The position numbers and the translations under genes were made by a program. A DNA stretch of 64,000 bases from a virus. The notes below the pieces were generated by a model, which did not search any database, had not been told where the DNA came from, and saw only the letters and a list, made by a program, of their open reading frames with translations. This document shows positions 27,413-35,473 of this stretch, one piece after another; the stretch's first letter is position 1, and every line of letters starts with the position of its first letter. Location of the stretch: IMG/VR virus record IMGVR_UViG_3300047284_000228, positions 32,001 through 96,000 of that record; one strand, given 5' to 3'.

Positions 27413-28081
27413 TTAAATGGTACTTTTTTGAAGATTTTCCGTTTTGTAAATACAACCCGGATAAATTTTTTCAAAATCTTCATAGTTCATGTGTTTGAGA
27501 TTTCTATGATGAGGTCCTAGCTGATCAGGAATAAATGCATCTCCCTGTATGACCCGTACAAAATTAATATTCTTATGATCTCGTATGGTTCTTTCTGTTT
27601 GTGTCAGCCAGTTTCCGTGAAATGTTGCAGGATCTGTGCTTTTTTTATAGTTAAAAGTATTGGCGTATACATTGTTAAATCTGCCGTTGATCCCTGCATA
27701 ATCAAAGCCAAATATATAAATTTCGCGGTGCCCGTGGTCGCAAGCCAAGGAAAGAGCGGTAGGACCCGAACTCCATCCTTTATGTGGATTAAAGAAGTTT
27801 ACATGGTGCTTGGTAGACACACCTTTGTTAGGATTTGTCCAAACTGAACAACGTTTATGATAGCCGCTGGCTATGATTTCGTTGACCATTTTCACGTCTA
27901 CAGCTATCAAATAGTGGGGCTCAAACTCTCTATACATGGCATTACATGCATAGACAGTACCTTTGTCTAGGAGATTTTTGTGATTTAACTGTAGTCTACT
28001 AGTGCCGTTACCTAGTACGAATGCGGTGTTATTCGGCTGTTTGCTGTGCTTCAACTGGAGTTCCGTACATTTGTTTAACAA
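27413..28081 (-). CDS. glycosyltransferase-like protein (Maf/DUF115/sialyltransferase-type Rossmann fold); start uncertain
   Basis: AFVLGNGTSR, YACNAMYREFEPHYLIAVD and WSSGPTALSLA..GHREIYIFGFD match the GNGxS...CN...D...SG..A...IY.xGxD pattern of that family. There is no ATG near the start; a TTG overlapping the upstream gene is likely. Confidence 0.6.
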   Translation of the reverse strand: MLNKCTELQLKHSKQPNNTAFVLGNGTSRLQLNHKNLLDKGTVYACNAMYREFEPHYLIAVDVKMVNEIIASGYHKRCSVWTNPNKGVSTKHHVNFFNPHKGWSSGPTALSLACDHGHREIYIFGFDYAGINGRFNNVYANTFNYKKSTDPATFHGNWLTQTERTIRDHKNINFVRVIQGDAFIPDQLGPHHRNLKHMNYEDFEKIYPGCIYKTENLQKSTI

Positions 28082-28277
28082 ATTCCAGCTCTGAATCTCG
28101 CTCGTATTCGTGGGCTTCGCTTTGCATTCTCAGTTGATTTATTTGTCTAAGTGTTAGACGAATCTTTCTTGTATCGCTTTTTTCAATCACAGATTTGTCC
28201 TTGCTGTTGTCGTAGCGACGATCCACAGCAAAATCATTGTTGTTGTCATTGAAATAAAGGAATTCAAGTAGAAGCAT
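28029..28277 (-). CDS. small conserved head-module protein
   Basis: 82 aa, DTRKIRLTLRQINQLR...VKQMYG. Directly after the portal gene, with TAAATA 4 nt before the ATG. Confidence 0.7.
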   Translation of the reverse strand: MLLLEFLYFNDNNNDFAVDRRYDNSKDKSVIEKSDTRKIRLTLRQINQLRMQSEAHEYERDSELEFVKQMYGTPVEAQQTAE

Positions 28278-28287
28278 AGTGTATTTA

Positions 28288-29988
28288 TTATTGTGCGGGT
28301 TCTTGAGCCGGAGCTGCCTCGGCGCCTGCTTCTGCGCCTGCTTCTGGCGCTTCTACTGGTGCTTCGGCGGTTTGTGTAGCAGCTTCTGCACCTAGTCCTG
28401 CAGGACTTACGCCAATACTTCTCATTTGGCTAGCTGCATCTAAAGAAGGCTTAAGATTTGAACCGTTCTCTTCTCTCCAGAGGCGTTCGTTTTCTTTGAT
28501 TTCTTCTTCAGTTAGACCTAGGAATCGTTTTAGAGCGAATCGTTTGCTGAGGTGTGCGATTTCTTGCAGTTGTGCAAAGGTAGCTGCCCTAGCTGTATCT
28601 AGTTCTGATTGTCTGTATGCTGCAAAATTCTGTGGAGGATTAAACTTTAATTCAAACAAACTAAAATCTATATTAATACCGTTGTTGTTCAACCAAAGTT
28701 TAAATTCTTGATCAAAAGTTTCTACGATCATCGACTGTAGTCGCTCACAGTACTTGTTAAAACGTAACTCTTGTATGTAGGCAGTACCTACTTTGCCATC
28801 TGATACAGTATTAGCCTGTTCATCTATGGCTGTAGGAAGATATGAAGCAGGTATGCGCAAAGCCCTAAACAATTTGTTAGTAAAATAACGAAGATCTGTA
28901 ATTTCTCCAAGATTCGTACCTCCGGGTAAGGTTTCTACTTTACTGCCACGGCCTTCTGCTGTCTGCGGAAAGAAGTAATCTTCTGAAACGCTTAATGGAT
29001 TATAACTAGCATCAACCATGTTTTGGCCGCCGCCGGTCGAGCTAGGAATTCTACGTTGATGGATTTCATTTTTAACACGCTCGACAAATGCCATGGCCAT
29101 GTGCGCAGGCATGTTACCTACGTCAACATAGAAAATCCTACGTTCTGGAGCACGTTGAATACGATAGATAATGATAGCATCTTCAAGTAGTTCTTTCTGC
29201 TTGTAGACCTTGAACACTGATTCTAGCAACGAATTACCAAAAGGATAGTTGTTGTCTAGGCCCTCTGAAAGACTGATATGCACGATATTTTTTGCATCTA
29301 CGGCTATTTCGTTAGTGCCGTTTTGGAATCTCGTTCCTGGTGGTCGTGCAGCATCACCGACCATACCGCGACCAAATCCACCGCCTGTGGTATATGAGCT
29401 AGTTCCGCTAGGTGCAGTGTTTGTGGTGTTATGAGGTGTTGTGGCTATAAGGTCTTTGAAATTAAAGTTGATATCTTTGATCACATACTGCTCAGGAACC
29501 TTACCTTCCGATTCATTAACGATAATTTTAGTCACTTTTGAAGCATCTACGAACAACCACTTCATAGTCTGCGGATCTTTGACAAAGAAACAATCGCCAT
29601 ACTTGAATGCATTTCTAACTATGCGGAATATTCTAGTTTCGAACTGCTGTTGTTTACTCCACTTCTGTAGACTTTCTTTTAGAAGTTTAGTTTCAGTGGA
29701 TGTTGGTTGTCCTCTGAAAAATAAATGGAACGCTGTGCTATTTTCTTTGTCTTTCTGTGTGCAGAATTCGGTTAAGATATCTAGGGCAGCATTGACTTCC
29801 GAGTCCATGTCCATAGTATCGTACTGCATATAACGCTCAACACGATTTGGTGCGCCGGCATATACATCGGGCAAGAAACTTGAATAATTAGCTCGAGCCG
29901 GTCCTGGACGTCCTCCGTTACCTACAGGACTATAGGAAGATTTTTGGTTATCTAAATTAACAGGAGTAAAATATTTTTTCCAAGACAT
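28288..29988 (-). CDS. gp20: portal protein (gp20-like)
   Basis: 566 aa. LLEDAIIIYRIQRAPERRIFYVDVGNMP, EDYFFP..EGRGSKVETLPGG.NLGEI.DL.YF and L.IP.SYL are gp20 motifs. Confidence 0.96.
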   Translation of the reverse strand: MSWKKYFTPVNLDNQKSSYSPVGNGGRPGPARANYSSFLPDVYAGAPNRVERYMQYDTMDMDSEVNAALDILTEFCTQKDKENSTAFHLFFRGQPTSTETKLLKESLQKWSKQQQFETRIFRIVRNAFKYGDCFFVKDPQTMKWLFVDASKVTKIIVNESEGKVPEQYVIKDINFNFKDLIATTPHNTTNTAPSGTSSYTTGGGFGRGMVGDAARPPGTRFQNGTNEIAVDAKNIVHISLSEGLDNNYPFGNSLLESVFKVYKQKELLEDAIIIYRIQRAPERRIFYVDVGNMPAHMAMAFVERVKNEIHQRRIPSSTGGGQNMVDASYNPLSVSEDYFFPQTAEGRGSKVETLPGGTNLGEITDLRYFTNKLFRALRIPASYLPTAIDEQANTVSDGKVGTAYIQELRFNKYCERLQSMIVETFDQEFKLWLNNNGINIDFSLFELKFNPPQNFAAYRQSELDTARAATFAQLQEIAHLSKRFALKRFLGLTEEEIKENERLWREENGSNLKPSLDAASQMRSIGVSPAGLGAEAATQTAEAPVEAPEAGAEAGAEAAPAQEPAQ

Positions 29989-30001
29989 TAATTAATTTCC
30001 C

Positions 30002-33000
30002 TTAAGCAGCACTATAAAGGTCACCGCTTTGAGCTATGTTTCGTTGAACAGATAGTTGGCGTTCGTTAACTTCATTGACACGACGTGTTAAAGAAATCAA
30101 AGTATCCATCTTAGTATTTAACGCAGATAGCAGTCCCGCAGGGGTATCTTGGCTTCCAACCGTGCCTGTTCCTGGTACTGCTTTTCCTTCACGTCTAATC
30201 CTTTCCTGTTCAGCTGCCACTGTATCTGCTGGTTTATTTTGGGCTAGAGCTGTTTGTGTGGTAGTAGCAGCCGGTGTAGTTGTTGTTGCCGGTGTTCTAA
30301 CTTGAGCCAATGCCTGCGATGCATCCGGAGCCACAGGAGCTCCTGCTATGCCTGCCATTTGAGTAGAAAACTTATCAACTTTGGCAGAAATTTCTGCACC
30401 GATGGCTCCTTTCTTTCTAATGTCTCCACCTGCGATCTGACTTGTAGCTAATAGATTAGCCTGCTCTTGGGTCATGTTAGCGGTGTTTATACCTAGCTTG
30501 CTGGCCATACTAGTTTGGCCTTTTTTCATATACCAAGCCGATACCTGTGCTGCAACTTCTGGATTGTTGACTAGATCTGGATTCTGTACCAATCTATCGT
30601 CACCATAGATAGCTTTTGATGCCGCAGCATAATTGTTTTTGCCTGTGAGTTGAATAAAACCTCGTCCGCGGAATTTGAAGCCATCTCCGGGCTCAGTGTT
30701 GCCCATTTGTTGGCCTAGTTTAGTACCGGCACCATACATCATTTCGCCCATCTTTGATGGATCTTTTTTGATTGCATCTAGTTCTGCATCGGTTTTTCCT
30801 GCGGCTCTCGAACCAAAAATCTTTCTGATACGATCATTAGAGGTACCGCCATAATTCATGTTCTCAGAAATACTCTTGCCGCCAGTTTCCTTCATAACGT
30901 TGCCCAATGTAGCAGCGATATATTTTGGATCTGTGATGCCTTGTTTAATTAGGGCAGCTTTGACCAATTCCATGTTTTTCTTTTGGTCTTGGTTTACAGG
31001 CGGTGGTGCAGTAGATGTGCCAGTTACGGGCGCAGTAGTTGTAGTTCCTGGCTGCTGTTGTTGTTGTGCTTGACCTTCCATTCTCTTCTTCATGCTGTCA
31101 AACATTTTTTGAGGAGAACTAAAATCAATAGGTGGTGGAGCAGCAGCGGCAGCGGCTGCATTGGCTTCGTTCGCACTAGCGGCACTTGCTCCAGCTTTAG
31201 CTTCTTGTGCTTTTTGTTCAGTTAATTTTTTACTGGCTTCAAGCTCTTTTTCTTTTTGTTCTTTGAGAGCTTTTTCTTGTTTATATTTGTCACCAGCTTC
31301 TTTTCTACGTTGATCTCTAGCTTTTTCTTTTTCGTCTAATTCAGTCTGCTCTTCTTTGATTCGATCTCGCATGGCTTTGATAGTATCACCGCCGCCAAAA
31401 AACTTAGCAACTTTTTCTGCTATAGCTAACCATATATCTGTATAGAACAGTGCAAAGCGTTTTAGATTATCTCCTATGGCTTCAAATACATCACTGAACG
31501 ACCATCCTGCTTCTTTGACCTTATCTGAAATCCATTGGAATCCTTTATACAGAGCCCAACCTGCTGCGACCAATGCTAGTATAGGCAGAGCTACTGCCAG
31601 TGCTGCACCCGCCATTGCTGCTAATGGAGCTAGTGAAGCTGTAACTCCTAGAGTTTGCAGTGCTTGGACAACGTTATGTGCAAATATAGCTGCTTTTAAT
31701 ATAGCAAATAGAGCTATCAATGGTGTTGCTACTAGCACGATCGTTTCAAAATTACGTGCCATCCACTGGAATGCTGGTACAACATAACTTATTGTAAAAT
31801 CCGTAAGCATGGTAAATGCCTGCATCATCGTATCAAGTAGACCGCTAGTGGCTAAGAATTTTGTAAACGTGTTACTAGTCTGGGCGATCTTTTCTTGATA
31901 TTCTTTTAATTTCGCAGGATCTAAACCTTCAGCCTGTAATTGTTTTTCTTTAGCAGCTCTTTCTGCGGCAGCTTTTTGTTGTTCTGCCTGTACCTGGCCT
32001 AGAGTTTTTTGATTAGCTGCGGCATCCATAGCACCTACATAGAAACGCTTACTGGCTTCGTCCCCATATAGCGCCATGTTTTCTGCTACGCCAGATTTGG
32101 TAAAATTAGTTACTTCTTGTTTATAAGCTGCATTGATCCTTGCTGCTTGATCTGCTCCCATCTTACCCGTGGTACGGATCTGTTGGTTCAACTGCATCAT
32201 ATTACGGGCAGATTCTGGTAAGAAAGCCAGAGCTTTCTTACCTGCTTCAGATGTTGCTGTACCTGTAGCAATAATTTCTTTCATGCCTTCCTGATGTTCA
32301 GCAGGTATACTGTCCATTAGGTTCTGCAAGTTTCGTTGACTGTCAGCGTCTAACTTGCTCATGATGTTTCTAAACTGAGAGTCTTTTAATCTTGCTTCTC
32401 TTTCTTTTTCTAGATCTGCACGATTCTTACCGGTGAGCTTAGTAAGTGCATCTAAGTCTTGTAGGTACGCTCCGGTCTGTGCTACCAGTTGAGAATTACT
32501 CATCCCTTGTAGTTTACCTGTAGCGGCCAGCTGAGCAGAATACTTGGCGAATCCTTCATTAATCTGCTCTGTACTATAACCCATCCTAGCTAGATCATTG
32601 CCCAGCGGTGAGTTCTTGATGGTTTTTCCTAGCTGTGCTAATCTCTTAGCACCTTCTTCCGATGTACCACCTAGCAGAGCCAGCTGTTGGCCATTCCTAG
32701 CGATGATCCCAGAGAATTGTTCAAATGTTAGACCTGCTGCGGTAGCAGAATCTATCATTGTAACAATGCTGCCACCAAAGTTCGCACCTACGCTGGCACT
32801 TTGTTGAAAGGCCTTGTAGGTTTTTTCTGCTGCGCCAGCTACCGCACCAAACACTCCTGCTAGCACACCCCCGACTATAGGGATATTGTTCATGGTCTGT
32901 GCAGCAGCACTCATGCTGTTGCCAGTATTGGCTAATGCAGACATGAGATTTGTCATGCCTAGAGCAACACCAGATACTGCCGAACCTAGAGTAGCTAGGC

Positions 33001-33346
33001 TGCTCATTGTCTGCTGCATCTGCTTCAGTTCTTTAGCAGAAAACAGACCTTTCTTTTTCTCGTGTTCTAGAGCTTTTTTCTTTTCTTCAGTTTCGTCGCG
33101 TTGAGCTTTTTGTAACGCCTCGGATTCTTCTTTTTGTTTTTTACTGGCTTTGGCTAGTCTTTCTAATTCTTTTTCTAGCTCTTTGAGAGTCTTTGGATCC
33201 ATTCCGCCGGCGCCGGCCTTGCCTTGCTTGGCCATGGCCGCAGTTTGCGCCAGCATAGCAGCCAAAATCTGCTTGAGCGTGATTTCAGTTGCTGCATTAT
33301 TGAGCTGTATTGGTTGCCCGCCGAGATCGCCAGTTACGTCTGCCAT
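30002..33346 (-). CDS. tape-measure-like protein with C-terminal GH19 (chitinase/lysozyme-like) muralytic domain
   Basis: 1114 aa. Long Ala/Gln-rich helical region and a hydrophobic segment, then KETGG..ISENMNY...GNTEPGDGFKFRGRGFIQLTGKNNY...PDLV, the GH19 signature. Confidence 0.8.
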   Translation of the reverse strand: MADVTGDLGGQPIQLNNAATEITLKQILAAMLAQTAAMAKQGKAGAGGMDPKTLKELEKELERLAKASKKQKEESEALQKAQRDETEEKKKALEHEKKKGLFSAKELKQMQQTMSSLATLGSAVSGVALGMTNLMSALANTGNSMSAAAQTMNNIPIVGGVLAGVFGAVAGAAEKTYKAFQQSASVGANFGGSIVTMIDSATAAGLTFEQFSGIIARNGQQLALLGGTSEEGAKRLAQLGKTIKNSPLGNDLARMGYSTEQINEGFAKYSAQLAATGKLQGMSNSQLVAQTGAYLQDLDALTKLTGKNRADLEKEREARLKDSQFRNIMSKLDADSQRNLQNLMDSIPAEHQEGMKEIIATGTATSEAGKKALAFLPESARNMMQLNQQIRTTGKMGADQAARINAAYKQEVTNFTKSGVAENMALYGDEASKRFYVGAMDAAANQKTLGQVQAEQQKAAAERAAKEKQLQAEGLDPAKLKEYQEKIAQTSNTFTKFLATSGLLDTMMQAFTMLTDFTISYVVPAFQWMARNFETIVLVATPLIALFAILKAAIFAHNVVQALQTLGVTASLAPLAAMAGAALAVALPILALVAAGWALYKGFQWISDKVKEAGWSFSDVFEAIGDNLKRFALFYTDIWLAIAEKVAKFFGGGDTIKAMRDRIKEEQTELDEKEKARDQRRKEAGDKYKQEKALKEQKEKELEASKKLTEQKAQEAKAGASAASANEANAAAAAAAPPPIDFSSPQKMFDSMKKRMEGQAQQQQQPGTTTTAPVTGTSTAPPPVNQDQKKNMELVKAALIKQGITDPKYIAATLGNVMKETGGKSISENMNYGGTSNDRIRKIFGSRAAGKTDAELDAIKKDPSKMGEMMYGAGTKLGQQMGNTEPGDGFKFRGRGFIQLTGKNNYAAASKAIYGDDRLVQNPDLVNNPEVAAQVSAWYMKKGQTSMASKLGINTANMTQEQANLLATSQIAGGDIRKKGAIGAEISAKVDKFSTQMAGIAGAPVAPDASQALAQVRTPATTTTPAATTTQTALAQNKPADTVAAEQERIRREGKAVPGTGTVGSQDTPAGLLSALNTKMDTLISLTRRVNEVNERQLSVQRNIAQSGDLYSAA

Positions 33347-33372
33347 TTAGTAAAATCCATGAAAACTGCGCA

Positions 33373-33402
33373 TATAAATATATGAGTAGATAAATTATTT
33401 AT
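33373..33402. promoter_or_regulatory. pair of face-to-face late promoters
   Basis: Perfect TATAAATA on + (33373-33380) for 33415..34281, and ATAAATA on - (33396-33402) for 30002..33346. Confidence 0.7.
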
Positions 33403-33414
33403 CGGGGAAAAAAT

Positions 33415-34281
33415 ATGATGGACCAATCCAATCAGCAAGTAAAGAGGGTGTCTAATCCTCTAGCAAATTATTTTAGACAACCAAAGTTATATATGAGATT
33501 ACCTAGCCAGGGGAACTTTTATCCGCCTGGTTCTTTAGATGTGAGTCAAAACGAAGAATACGCTGTGTATGCCATGACAGCCAAAGATGAGTTGATGTTT
33601 AAAACTCCCGATGCTCTCATGAACGGTCAATCTACTGTAGAAGTTATCAAGAGCTGTATTCCAGCGATCAAAGAACCTTGGCTCATGCCCAGCATCGATC
33701 TAGATGCATGTCTTATCGCTATTAGGATCGCTACCTACGGCGAAAGCATGGAAATTAGCAGTACCTGTCCTAGCTGTAGTCATTATAATGATTATCAACT
33801 GAATCTTCTCGGTTATCTTGAAGAAACTTATAAGTTTAGATATGCTTCTGAATTATCTGTAGGTCCGCTGACTATCCATTTAAGACCCTACAGCTACAAA
33901 GAAATTACCAAGACTGCTATCAAAACTCTAGAACAACAAAAAATCTTCGAAGTGGTTAATGATCCTAACATGAGTGACGAAGAAAAAATTGAACGATTTG
34001 GAGAAAGTTTTGTCAAGTTAACTGAACTTACTGTTGATGTAGTAGCAGGCTGTATCACACGAATCTCCACACCGGATGGTGATGTGACTGATCAACAGAT
34101 CATTTTAGACTTTATGGAAAATGCAGACAGTACTGTGTTTAACACGGTCAATGATCATATCAGAGATATGAAAGAACTTATGGAACTCAAAGCGCAGGAT
34201 GTTGAATGCGCAGAATGCAAACATCACTGGACTGTGACTGTAAGTATGGATCAGACAAATTTTTTCGCCAAAGGGTCTTAA
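33415..34281 (+). CDS. baseplate hub assembly / tail assembly chaperone (gp26-like)
   Basis: 288 aa. NPLANYFRQPKLYMRLPS.G.FY, MTAKDEL..KTPDALMNG, D.DA.LIAIRIATYG, two CxxC motifs, ends ...TNFFAKGS. Confidence 0.75.
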   Translation: MMDQSNQQVKRVSNPLANYFRQPKLYMRLPSQGNFYPPGSLDVSQNEEYAVYAMTAKDELMFKTPDALMNGQSTVEVIKSCIPAIKEPWLMPSIDLDACLIAIRIATYGESMEISSTCPSCSHYNDYQLNLLGYLEETYKFRYASELSVGPLTIHLRPYSYKEITKTAIKTLEQQKIFEVVNDPNMSDEEKIERFGESFVKLTELTVDVVAGCITRISTPDGDVTDQQIILDFMENADSTVFNTVNDHIRDMKELMELKAQDVECAECKHHWTVTVSMDQTNFFAKGS

Positions 34282-34493
34282 CACTGCCTCAGTCTGAGAT
34301 CCTTGAATTTGTAAAACAAATAGAAAAAGAGGCGCTGTCTATCAAAAAAGATCTTCTCAAGATCTGTTGGTATATGCGAGGTATGAGCTATTCTGATGCT
34401 ATGATGCTCAGCTATGAAGAAAGAAACATCATAGGCGAGATCATCAAAGACAATCTTGAAACTACTAAGAAAACAGGTTTACCTTTCTTTTAA
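34260..34493 (+). CDS. gp51-like baseplate assembly domain, probably expressed as a -1 frameshift extension of 33415..34281
   Basis: The -1 frame reads ...KICWYMRGMSYSDAMMLSYEER...LETTKKTGLPFF. There is no convincing independent start or RBS. Slippery A AAT TTT TTC at 34257-34266. Its TAA overlaps the convergent gene's stop (TTAA at 34490-34493). Confidence 0.6.
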   Translation, partial: FFRQRVLTLPQSEILEFVKQIEKEALSIKKDLLKICWYMRGMSYSDAMMLSYEERNIIGEIIKDNLETTKKTGLPFF

Positions 34494-35473
34494 CTTCTTC
34501 TGAACAGACTAAAGTTTTCAGTTAGACTAGCTTTGGTTCTAACAATGCTGTCAGAAGTTGGTCCCATAATTCTTGCGCGATCTGCATCGATTTCGGCCTG
34601 ACTAGGACCTGCTGGTTTCTTGGCAGGTTTTCTTTTATTTGGCTTGGGCTCTGCTGCCGCAGGTGCTGTCGTAGGTTTAGCAGCTGGTGCTGCATTTGGA
34701 TTACCTGGTTTAGCAGTATTAGTTTTACTTACCGGAGCATTTGCCATCGTGTTAGGTTGTTCTGCTCCCCCTTTGGCTAACTGTCCGACCATTTGTCCCA
34801 TTGCACTTGCACCAGCATCGGCCGCTGGTGCTGCTGCAGGTTTGGCTGCTGGCTTCTTAGCAGCGGGTCTTTCCATGGCTGCTTTAACTTTTGGATCAGC
34901 CTGGAGCATGGTTACGATTTCTTTTTTCTGTTCAGGTGCCAATGACGACACTGCTTTTTGTGCCTGAGCATATGCTGTATCAGATTTAGGTTCGTCTAAA
35001 GTTGGTTCTACTCTGCCGGCAGCAGCATCAGCGCCGCCTGCGGCTGCTGTGGTTAGTTTACCAAATGTGCTCTTAGGTGCAGCTTTGGTAGCTTTTGGTG
35101 CAGATGCTGTTCCAGTATCGGCTGCAGGTGCTGCACTACCTCCCCCAGCAGCTGGTGCTGCTCCACTACTGCTACTACCACCGGTTGCGGCTGTCTTAGT
35201 AGTACCTCCGCTTTGAGCTGTATTGCCCGTATCTGCGGCTGTGTCTGCTTCATCATCGTCACCGGCTGCGGCCACGGTAGATTTGCCTCCACGATAGCCT
35301 TTCATAAAAGCTGATCCTAGTCCGGCAACACCGCCGGCCACAGATCCCACCGCCTTGGCAGCAGTTCCTGCAACCTTGCCTACACCTTGACCAATCTTGT
35401 TAAGGATAGGGCCTTCCTGTAACACTGACAGTTCTTGTTGTTGGCTTTCGTTTAATAGTTCATTGATTTTCAT
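34490..35473 (-). CDS. putative internal head protein (Ala/Pro/Lys-rich)
   Basis: 327 aa. MKINELLNES start and LxE sites resembling gp21 cleavage sites; low-complexity PAAK repeats. Confidence 0.6.
   Translation of the reverse strand: MKINELLNESQQQELSVLQEGPILNKIGQGVGKVAGTAAKAVGSVAGGVAGLGSAFMKGYRGGKSTVAAAGDDDEADTAADTGNTAQSGGTTKTAATGGSSSSGAAPAAGGGSAAPAADTGTASAPKATKAAPKSTFGKLTTAAAGGADAAAGRVEPTLDEPKSDTAYAQAQKAVSSLAPEQKKEIVTMLQADPKVKAAMERPAAKKPAAKPAAAPAADAGASAMGQMVGQLAKGGAEQPNTMANAPVSKTNTAKPGNPNAAPAAKPTTAPAAAEPKPNKRKPAKKPAGPSQAEIDADRARIMGPTSDSIVRTKASLTENFSLFRRS

Noticed and set aside
34206-34259. ATG at 34206 as the start of the 95-aa ORF
   Set aside because: It lies inside the CxxC-coding part of the upstream gene with no RBS; entry by -1 frameshift at 34257-34266 is more parsimonious.
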